Below, in pieces: positions 50,898 through 61,280 of a DNA stretch of 64,000 nt. The notes under the pieces were generated by a model. The model was not told the DNA's origin. It worked only from the letters and a program-made list of their open reading frames with translations, and ran no database searches. The stretch comes from Eledone cirrhosa (lineage: Eukaryota), in the NCBI GenBank assembly GCA_964016885.1, contig OZ024755.1:35402001-35466000 (forward strand), written 5' to 3'. The number at the start of each line of letters is the position of its first letter. Position 1 is the stretch's first letter. A program made the position numbers and the translations under genes.

Positions 50898-52574
50898 CAT
50901 ACATACAGGGCCGGTGCCAGACTATCTGGTACCCTAGGCAAGGTTAGATTCTGAAAGCATAAAATGGTCGAAAGCATGAATGTCCATGAATACCAAAAAC
51001 ATTCTGACAGACCTTAAAATATTTTTTCTTCCCTTTTTTGTTTTTTTTGTCTCTCTCTTATGCGTTTATAGATGTTTATCAAACACATTATATTTAATCC
51101 TGCCGAGGTTAACTTTACCTTTCATCCTTATGGGATCGATAAAATAAGTACCAGTAATACACTTGAATAATTGCTAGCCTTGTGCCAAAAGTAGAAACAA
51201 TTATATTTGTAATGTTCTTCTGAACGAGTTGCGAGCAATTTAAAATGTTATTTATAATAGACTTGCCAAACTCTAAAAGCCTAAACGGGGAGTACTATGA
51301 AAAAAAGTGCCCCAAAATAGGGAGAAATTATGCTAAATGGGGAGATTTTATATAACAAAAGGTATACCCATTTTCACAAGAGAAGACATCTCCCACACAC
51401 TTTGGTGTGTGGGAGATCTCCCCATCGGACGGGGGAGAGGTGACAAGTCTGTATTTACGTATTTGTAATGTTATTTATGGATATATTTAAAACATGTTTG
51501 TAATGTTCGTTAAACATCTTTTGCTATTTTAGCGAATGTTCTGTTCTATTTTCATAGTAGAAATAAAATGTCTAGTACATAACATGAAAAAGAGTACTCA
51601 GTCACTGCTACTCCAAAGATACGAGCTAGGGCTGTGTGAGAATGTCGTGCAGAATTCCAGGTACAACATGGCTTTGTGGTCCCAGAGGACGGAATGAAAA
51701 AAGCACAACCACAGATAATGTTTCTTATATAGGCACAATTTTGGGGAAGGGGAAAATCGATTAAATTGGACCCAGTGCGTGACTGGTACTTTATTTTATC
51801 GATCCCGTAAGTTAACCTCGGCGGGATTTAAACTCAGATCATAAAAGGCCGTAACTCTATGCTGCAAAGCATAGCGTCCGACCCTCTACTGATACTGCCA
51901 ATCCACCGCCTTTGTCTTCACAGATAATAGCAGGGGAGACACTGAAATAGCCATTCCAACTGGTGAGGCTTACTCCTATAGATGGCCAATTCCACCACAA
52001 TAGCAGCAAATAATTGTTTCTACTTTTGGCACAAGGCCAGCAAATACCCAGAGCATGACTGGTACTTTATTTTATCGATCCCGTAAGGATGAAAGGCAAA
52101 GTTAACCTCGGCGGAATTTGAACTCAGAATAACAGCAAATAATGAGGACCAGGAACAGTGGAAGTCTCCACTGCTACTGGTTTAATGACAAACCTACCAG
52201 AAGTAGCCAATAGTTTAACAATATGTGATCTTCAAGTTGTCAGGCATCAAAGCCTGTTGTGTGTCTCACCAAACACACTAAGCTGATGCTGAAGAAAATG
52301 TACAGTTTGGTCCGAAGTCTTGTCACCCCTTGTCACATTGTTTTAACTTTCGTTATTTTTTGTTTTAATTGGCAGTATCGGTAGAGAGTCGGATACCTTG
52401 CTTTGAAGCATAGTTACGTCCCTTTATGATCTGAGTTCAAATCCCGCCGAGGTTAACTTCGCCTTTCATCCTTACGGGGGTCGATAAAATAAAGTACCAG
52501 TAATGTACTGGTTAATTGCTAGCTTTGTGCCAAAAGTAGAAACAATTAATTATAATATAATTTTCTATTTCAGA

Positions 52575-52779
52575 GCTCCTACAGTTTGGAAGAGAGGCTG
52601 CTTGCAAGTGTATTTACACATGATCGTGTGCATTCTGGCAAGAGCATGGAGAATGTGTGACTTCACTGCAAGATTCGGCAAACCAGCTCCTCCGAAGAGG
52701 ACGATACTGCGATGGGAACATAAACTGTTTCTCATTACTTTTTGGTAGAGGGTGACGAGACTTTCGGATCACCCTGTAC
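52575..52779 (+). mobile_element. Mariner-like internally deleted fragment
   Basis: FTARFGKPAPPKRTILRWEHKLF resembles a mariner N-terminal HTH; end CACCCTG-TA. Confidence 0.5.
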
Positions 52780-53944
52780 ATTGAATAATTTGTAAAAGAG
52801 TGGGGGGGAAATGAAGGAAATAGATGTTGCAATAAAATAATTTGGTGAGGCTAAAGAATGAGTTTGGGAAGACGCTCAAAAGTTAAATAAGTTGTGAAAT
52901 TAGATATGGCTAAGAGATGGAGGCGGTGACAGTGGGGGTTCGGCTCTTCTGTGTACGACCCTTGTGTGCAGCTTCAGTTGTGAGTGAAGTGTAATTTCCC
53001 GATCGACTGTTGCTTACTCTCTCTGAATTTGGACAATTTAGTTGTAACCAAGGGCCTTGTTTGAGGGAGGTAACAGGGGACAAGCCCACCCACTTTTTCA
53101 AACGTCTGTTTTATTTTTTGTTTATTTGATATAATAAATTCTTTTTAAGCTTATTTTTTTTTATATCTGAACTTCATTTGAATAAATAAAATTTAATTAG
53201 CGTAAGGTTTTACTTATGTAGTAAGGTCCGGGAAAGCGACCATTAGCAATAGTTACATGCTCCTTTGAGAATCAACAAATGTTGGTTTGTCCCCCTCATA
53301 TTTTTAAGGCTTACGAGGCCCCTGGTTGTAATCATTAGTTTAGTTCTTTGCACTCTAAAATGGTCAGGAAATATCATAGTGTTTGTGTTAAGGGACAGCT
53401 TGTTAATAGATGTGGGAACTATGCGTAAAAGAAGATTTATAACATTTGATTTGCGGTGATATGAATAAGATACAAAAGAAATAATAAAAAAAAATTAGAA
53501 TTACCGTATAGTTTAGGATAAAGAAAATGGCCTCACAAGGAAAAAATAAAAGACGTGAGTTTTAATAATTGTTTCTCCTTTTGGCACAAGGCCAATAAAC
53601 AATAATAAACAAATTTATACCTTAGTAAAATTAGTTCGAGCTAAAAATCCGTTATCCAAAATTTCCAGAACCTGAAAACATCAAAAATCTGACATTTCTT
53701 CCGTCTACGTTGTTAGGTAATTTCCTCTTCGTTCAAGCAGTGGTTTGTTTGTCCACCCCTTTCTCTTGACTCTTTTATAGTCATGTGGTCCAAGGTGTAT
53801 TTCCTGTTAGTGGGTGGGTGTGTGGGTGTGTTTTTGTTGTTGTTTTTTTTTGTTTTTTTGGGGTTCTTTTTTGGTTTTTTGTACTATTATTTAGACAATT
53901 GTGAATAAACTATACTTTATGTAATTAAAAAAAATATATATATA

Positions 53945-53975
<31 letters not shown>

Positions 53976-54106
53976 GCAAAAGTTCTATTTAACATTGTTG
54001 GGATACAACAAGTAAATATTTTTATAACTAATATAAAGCACTCGACAAGTAATTGGAGTAGATATACGATATTAATAAATGGAAACTATATTTATAAAAC
54101 CATATT

Positions 54107-54171
54107 TATTTCATTATACATATTTCAGGGATACCAAATTAAATTATGGTATGCCTTCATCAGACAAAATA
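54107..54171 (-). ncRNA. Type I hammerhead ribozyme motif
   Basis: rc: TATTTTGT-CTGATGA-AGGcATACCA..TGGTATCCCT-GAAA-TATGTA-TA-ATGAAATA. Confidence 0.75.
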
Positions 54172-54317
54172 CAATATATAACAGTTTTACAAATAAGCTT
54201 TGACGTACCCTATTAAAATGCAACCATTATTTTTGGAAGCCATCCGGATGGCTTCCAAAAATAATGGTTGCAAATAATGGTTGCGTCAAAGCTTATTTGT
54301 AAAACTGTTATATATTG

Positions 54318-54382
54318 TATTTTGTCTGATGAAGGCATACCATAATTTAATTTGGTATCCCTGAAATATGTATAATGAAATA
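54318..54382 (+). ncRNA. Type I hammerhead ribozyme motif (opposite-polarity copy)
   Basis: Same motif on the + strand. Confidence 0.75.
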
Positions 54383-54652
54383 AATATGGTTTTATAAATA
54401 TAGTTTCCATTTATTAATATCGTATATATATATATATATATAGGAACAAGTAAGACCCCGACGGCTGAGCTCAAGCCGTTTCGACGGCTAATTCTGTACT
54501 GAATGGAAACTATTCAGTACAGAATTAGCCGTCGAAACGGCTTGAGCTCAGCCGTCGGGGTCTTACTTGTTCCTATTTCCCACTCTACTACCCTAAGTAT
54601 TGAGTACTTTGGTGCGTTATGGTCCACCTGGTTCCTTACCACATTTCCTTCG

Positions 54653-54696
<44 letters not shown>

Positions 54697-54700
<4 letters not shown>

Positions 54701-55050
54701 AAGTTAAATAAAAGTCAAATGATTAAAATTTAGCTTCGTTTATTACTGCTATATATATTTCAGTGACAGCCATCTTTGGCTGTGACCTCTTCAGGCAGTT
54801 TGAATTAGTATGGTGTAGACAAGAACATATGTTGTTTAGGTGTATAATATTGTCAATACTCAATATTCATAGTGCCTGAAGAGGTCACAGCCAAAGATGG
54901 CTGTCACTGAAATATATACAGCAGTAATAAACGAAGCTAAATTTTAATCATTTGACTTTTATTTAACTTTACTTTACACTACTCCGGAGTAACCAAACCA
55001 ACCTGCGCACTTCGTTGAGTGCTCCAGCCTGCATACTCAGGTGTTGGTAT
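54697..55050 (+). mobile_element. Fold-back element in (TA)n with hammerheads at 54745-54799(-) and 54873-54925(+)
   Basis: Minus: ACTGC-CTGAAGA-GGTcACAGCCAaagaTGGCTGTcACT-GAAA-TATATA-TA-GCAGT; plus copy has CA instead of TA at the cleavage site; tail TACTCC..GTTGAGTGCT. Confidence 0.85.
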
Positions 55051-55066
55051 ACAACCAACGTAAACT

Positions 55067-55131
<65 letters not shown>

Positions 55132-55537
55132 CATACGTCAAGGCGGGCGGTCTCAAAAGTGAAACTAATTTTTGACAGGTGTGGGTGTGTATATGTGTGT
55201 ATATATATGTGTGTGTGTATGTATATATATATATATGTGTGTGTTTGTGTCATCATCATCGTTTAACGTCTATCTTCCACGCAAGCATGGGTTTAGACGT
55301 ATATATATGTTTGTGTGTATATATGTGTTTGTGTGTATATATATGTGTGTTTTTGTATATATATGTGGCTACATACACACATATATATATATACAGATAC
55401 ATATATATACACGCAAACACACATATATATACACGCAAACACATATATACACACAAACATATATATACGTCTAAACCCATGCTTGCGTGGAAGATAGACG
55501 TTAAAGGATGATGACACAAACACATATATATATACAA

Positions 55538-55586
<49 letters not shown>

Positions 55587-55799
55587 CATACACACACACA
55601 TATACACACCCACACATATATATATATATTAAGAAATCCATACAATTGCGTGTGTCTGCATTATACTTTCACTATTGAGACCTGTTGTAAAAAAAACAAA
55701 CAAATTCACAATCGTAAAATTAGTTTCACTTTTGAGACCGCCCGTCTTGACGTATGCCATATATATATATATTACCTCCACCAATACTACTACTACTAC

Positions 55800-56200
55800 T
55801 ACCATTTATGCCATTTTCACCGTTCACCAAATCACCCTCTTCCCTTTCGAAGGAGTTAGATCCTTCATCTGGGACGCCACCTGCTGCGACACGTTCTCCG
55901 CTTCCAGCTTAGTCTCTTCGGCCACAAATCCCGGCATCGCGGTCGGCCTCGCAGAAGAACTTAAAATAAACAAACACCGGGATTTGTTCGGCCGCTTCCT
56001 CTTCGCCATGGTTGCCGTCGAGACCTCAGGCGTACTTGGACCCCCCCTCCGTACTACCAAGCTCCTCTGCAAGATCGGAGCATCGGTGGCCTACCTGAGG
56101 AGGTAGCCCCGCGAGGTTTGGTGGCCTTTGCAGCAGGTGTCGTTGGCCATCGTCCGTGAGAATACTTCTGCGGTCTTGTCAGCGGGGCGAAGCACTTCTG
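55800..56200 (+). mobile_element. CRE-like RLE non-LTR retrotransposon 3' remnant
   Basis: ITLFPF..IWDATCCDTFSAS..AEELKINKH..VAVETSGVLG..LQQVSLAIVRENTSAVL matches the restriction-like endonuclease C-terminus. Confidence 0.75.
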
Positions 56201-56779
56201 CCATCTTGCCCAATCACCCTCCCCTTCACCCCCTCTCTTCTGCGACACCAGACTCTTGCCACCTCTTCCCGTTGTTGTTTTTTTCTTTTGTGTCTTTTTT
56301 CCTCTGTATTTCCCTATTCTTTCTTTCCTTTTGTTTCCTTTTTTTTATTATTATTGCCGTCATTATAGTTGTCATTCTATTATGTCCCTTTACGGTCTGA
56401 GTTCAAATCCCGCCGAGGTTAACTTTGCCTTTCATCCTTACGGGGTCGATAAAATAAAGTATCAGTCACGTACTGGGGGTCGATTTAAACGACTTTTCCC
56501 TCTCCCCTCAAGTTACTTGCCTTATTTAAGCGACCGCTAACCGGAAGTGTTGACATTTGAACATTTTAAAGAAGTGAATCTTTAAATAAGTAATAAAATA
56601 TATTTAATGAACGAAATTGAGTAGATAAATTATGTAATATTCATTCAATCCAACTTATTTTACTAATGGGATAAAAAAAAGTAATAAACCGTACGCAGTA
56701 CCGCGCTCCTTACTTTATTATAGTTTAGACTAGCAGAATGACCCGGCGTTGCTCAGGATTCTAAACATAGATTGGAATG

Positions 56780-57436
56780 AATGTATATATAGTGTATTTT
56801 GCAATACACTGTATGCTTAATTAAAAGCATTTCAAAGACCTTATGCTATTATTTTAGAGTAGTGACAGACTCACTTACTTTAATTTCAGCAAACAGGGAG
56901 AGATAAAGCTGACAAGGCCTTGTTTCTGCATTTATTGATGCTTATCAAAGCCAACTACCCCCCCTGCCTGTTGAAATCATGGATGTTTGGTTCTTATAGA
57001 ATTCTAGTAAATAAACAGGAACTGATTATACAGAGCGGTTGCTGGTCAAGCTGAAATTAAAAATTAGAATTGGTGCTCTGAAATAGCTATATATATATGA
57101 ATGTATATATAGTGTATTTTGCAATACACTGTATGCTTAATTAAAAGCATTTCGAAGACCTTATGCTATTGTTAGAATTCTATAAGAACCAAACATCCAT
57201 GATTTCAGCAGGCAGGGGGAGTAGTTGGCTTTGATAAGCATCAATAAATGCAGAAACAAGGCCTTGTCAGCTTTATCTCCCCCTGTTTGCTGAAATTAAA
57301 GTAAGTGAGTGTGTCACTACTCTAAAACAATAGCATAAGGTCTTCGAAATGCTTTTAATTAAGCATACAGTGTATTGCAAAATACACTATATATACATTC
57401 ATATATATATATACCTATTTCAGAGCACCAATTCTA
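56780..57436. mobile_element. Retrozyme-like insertion: 1.2 tandem units of a 320-nt monomer (-) joined to an inverted partial copy (+); 13-bp TSD
   Basis: TSD ATAGATTGGAATG at 56767-56779 and 57437-57449; direct repeat at 56777 and 57097; inverted copy 57173-57436. Confidence 0.75.
57203..57296 (+). ncRNA. Type I hammerhead with U3-A8 core variant and long stem I (minus copy 56884-56976)
   Basis: TTTCAGCAGGCAGGGGGAGtagttGGCT-TTGATAA-GCATcaataaATGCa-GAAA-CAAGGCCTTG-TC-AGCTttatCTCCCCCTGTTTGCTGAAA. Confidence 0.75.
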
Positions 57437-58236
57437 ATAGATTGGAATGTTTACCCCTCCTTTCTGAAACAGTACAGAGGAGTACGGAATACCTCGGCCT
57501 GGGGATGGTGTCTACATTTTGTGCTTATAAAAAAAATTCGTCGTAGATTACCAGGGGTTTAACTTAATTGGGGGCCTGAGAGTAACATATTCAACCCACG
57601 AAAGCCAAGACGATAGGGTTAAGTAAAAGGGCATTCGACAAACCGAACATGTATTTTTTGTGCTATAGTACAATGAAAGCAATAGTTACAGAGCAGTAAG
57701 CATGTGGGACTGCAGTGGTGGAGAGCATGAAGGAATTTAGTTGGATACTTTTAAGGTTACAGGCCCTAACGCAACCAAAATGCTAAACAATGCGGTCCCC
57801 GGGCAAAAATTTCAAATCTTTTTCAGTCAAGAAAATTTATGAAACATAAGTAATGCATATGCAAAGTTTAAAAATAATCGGTTGGGTACTTCTCAAGTTA
57901 CAGGCCCTAACGCAACCAAAATGCTTTTTAAAATCGGTTTTTCGCCTAATGTGGTCCCTGGGGCAAAAAATACTTTAAACGACATAAGTAATGCAAATTA
58001 TGAAGAAATCGGCTGGATTATTGTTCCGTTATGCTACAAAAAACATTTAAAGCCTAAAATATGCGGTTTTTCGCCTAATGCGGTCCCTAGAGCATTGAAA
58101 ATTTGAAATATTTTTTGCTCAAAACACTCACACAACTATAAGTATTACATGTGTAAAGTTTGAAAAATATCGGTTGGGTGGTTCTCTAGTTTTAGGGAGT
58201 CAGACAGACAGACATTCTCTGTTTTAGATATGTAGA

Positions 58237-61019
58237 CTAGCAGAAAACCACCCGGTGGACGGTTTTCTGCTAGCAAATCTAGTGTATATACTGATATTGT
58301 TGAGATTTGGATGAGAAATGTTTTCGGCACCACATGTTCACCGCCTCTCGGTGTGTCTTTTATGCATGTATAAATATATATGTTATCTATACGGTGAAAT
58401 CTTTGAAATAAATATATGTTAAAACGAAAAAGGAGAAAATAAATAACTGGCGGTTAGAAAAAAATATTCCTATGAAATTTTAATCATACCATTAGATGTG
58501 AATAAGGAAATATTTTTTTATTGTCAAAACAAATGTTCAAAAGTTAAACTTCAATTTTTTTAATTATTTCCAATTTTTTCATGAAATTGAACACTGGACA
58601 TTGGCTGCTGGAAATGGAAATTAAATCGTATTTAATTGTATTTAAATTTCTAACCTTATTTTATTATTTATAGTTTTTCAATAAGAAATAAAAAAAAAAA
58701 AATAAAATAATAATTGAAGAAAAAAATTGAACAAATCAAACGTAGGTTATGCAACTGCGCAATCTGATTAATAAATTACCTCATCAGCAGCAACCTTCAT
58801 CAAATGGTCCTTATTATCAGCAGCAACAACCACAAATTCAATGGCAACCTTCTTCAAACCACAAATTCAATGGCAACCGTCTTCGCATGGTGTCAAGTCA
58901 GAACCGCCTCGAACTGGTTACTTCTGGCTTGTGCAAGGTGTCTCTATAGCAACCAGCGATTCCCTCGGCCTCAGTGACCAAAGTCAGTGGAGGGGGGAAG
59001 GTAATGTTTCTATAGCACGTGTTTTAGCGTCTATTCACTCTCTCTCTCTCCCTCCCTCTCTCCCTCCCGCTATCCCCCTCTCGTAGTCTGTCTCTTTCTT
59101 TCACTCTCTCTCTACGCACGTGTTTCCACTGTCGGACAGACAAACAGAGAAATTGCTGGTTATATATATAAGTAGACTAGCAGAAAACCACCCGGTGGCC
59201 GGTTTTCTGCTAGCAAATCTAGTGTATATACTGATATTGTTGAGATTTGGATGAGAAATGTTTTCGGCACCACATGTTCACCGTCTATCGGTGTGTCTTT
59301 TATGCATGTATAAATATATATGTTATCTATACGGTGAAATCTTTGAAATAAATATATGTTAAAACGAAAAAGGAGAAAATAAATAACTGGCGGTAAGAAA
59401 AAAATATTCCTATGAAATTTTAATCATACCATTAGGTGTGAATAAAAAAATATTTTTTTATTGTCAAAACAAATGTTCAAAAGTTAAACTTCAATTTTTT
59501 GAATTATTCCCAATTTTTTCATGAAATTGGACACTGGACATTGGCTGCTGGAAATGGAAATTAAATCGTATTTAATTGTATTTAAATTTCTAACCTTATT
59601 TTATTATGTATATTTTTTCAATAAGAAATTTAAAAAAAACAACAAAAATTGAAGAAAAAAATTGAACAAATCAAACGTAGGTTATGGAACTGCGCAATCT
59701 GATTAATAAATTATCTCATCAGCAGCAGCCTTCTTCAAATGGTCCTTATTATCAGCAGCAACAACCACAAATTCAATGGCAACCTTCTTCAAACCACAAA
59801 TTCAATGGTAACCTTCTTCGCATGGTGTCAAGTCAGAACCGCCTCGAACTGGTTACTTCTAGCTTGTGCAAGGTGTCTCTATAGCAACCAGCGATTCCCT
59901 CGGCCTCGGTGACCAAAGTCAGTGGAGAAGAGAAGGTAATGTTTCTGTAGCACGTGTTTTAGCGTCTATTCACTCTCTCTCTCCCTCCCGCTATCCCCCT
60001 CTCGTAGTCTGTCTCTTTCTTTCACTCTCACTCTCTCTCTACGCACGTGTTTCCACTGTCGGACAGACAGACAGAGAAATTGCTGGTTATATATATAAGT
60101 AGACTAGCAGAAAACCAGCCGGTGGCCGGTTTTCTGCTAGCAAATCTAGTGTATATACTGATATTGTTGAGATTTGGATGAGAAATGTTTTCGGCACCAC
60201 ATGTTCACGGTCTCTCGGTGTGTCTTTTATGCATGTATAAATATATATGTTATCTATACGGTGAAATCTTTGAAATAAATATATGTTAAAACGAAAAAGG
60301 AGAAAATAAATAACTGGCGGCTAGAAAAAAAATATTCCTATGAAATGTTAATCATACCATTAGATGTGAATAAGGAAATATTTTTTTATTGTCAAAACAA
60401 ATGTTGAAAAGTTAAACTTCAATTTTTTGAATTATTTCCAATTTTTTCATGAAATTGAACACTGGACATTGGCTGCTGGAAATGGAAATTAAATCGTATT
60501 TAATTGTATTTAAATTTCTAACCTTATTTTATTATTTATAGTTTTTCAATAAGAAATAAAAAACAACAACAACAAAAATTGAAGAAAAAAATTGAACAAA
60601 TCAAACGTAGGTTATGCAACTGCGCAATCTGATTAATAAATTACCTCATCAGCAGCAACCTTCTTCAAATGGTCCTTATTATCAGCAGCAACAACCACAA
60701 ATTCAATGGCAACCTTCTTCAAACCACAAATTCAATGGCAACCTTCTTCGCATGGTGTCAAGTCAGAACCGCCTCGAGCTGGTTACTTCTGGCTTGTGCA
60801 AGGTGTCTCTATAGCAACCAGCGATTGCCTCGGCCTCAGTGACCAAAGTCAGTGGAGAGGGGAACGTAATGTTTCTATAGCACGTGTTTTAGCGTCTATT
60901 CACTCTCTCTCTCCCTCTCGTAGTCTGTCTCTTTCTTTCACTCTCACTCTCTCTCTACGCACGTGTTTCCACTGTCGGACAGACAGACAGAGAAATTGCT
61001 GGTTATATATATAAGTAGA
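58237..61019 (-). mobile_element. Three head-to-tail non-autonomous Helitrons (family 2): 58237-59176, 59177-60103, 60104-61019
   Basis: Each rc starts TCTACTTATATATATAACC and ends in a hairpin + CTAG; junctions are CTAG|TC; outer flank A|TC. Confidence 0.85.
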
Positions 61020-61112
61020 TAATGCGATGTTTGCGTTACAAATAAGATGCTAACTTTTCTAGTTTTCTGGTAATCAGAATCCATGTTTTGTTTTTATACA
61101 GATACTTGTATA

Positions 61113-61280
61113 TACTGGTAAAATTCCGTTATAACGAATTTTTCAGTATAAGGAATTTCTGGGGATCCCTGGGGTAATAAACAAACGCTGGATTTATTTC
61201 AGTCAATCTTATTATAAAGAATTTTTCGTTAGAACGAATTTTTTGTTATACCCTGTGAATTTCGTTATAACCACATTGTA
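61113..61280. mobile_element. Tigger/pogo-like MITE (decayed)
   Basis: CCGTTATAACGAA ... TTCGTTATAACC inverted subterminal motifs, TA ends. Confidence 0.5.

Larger units (their letters stand above)
53976..54425 (-). mobile_element. Fold-back element in (TA)n (arms about 54062-54206 / 54284-54427), with a nested central palindrome 54219-54271
   Basis: Near-perfect arms; same family as 19158-20078. Confidence 0.85.
56730..58236 (-). mobile_element. Non-autonomous Helitron (family 1) carrying a nested ribozyme element
   Basis: rc starts TCTACATATC, (GTCT)n near the 5' end, ends CCTGAGCAACGCCGGG hairpin + TTCTGCTAG. Confidence 0.75.

Noticed and set aside
58749-61014. Repeated Q-rich 66-aa ORFs in Helitron units
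   Set aside because: Short, low complexity and with no Rep/helicase motifs; at most a captured fragment
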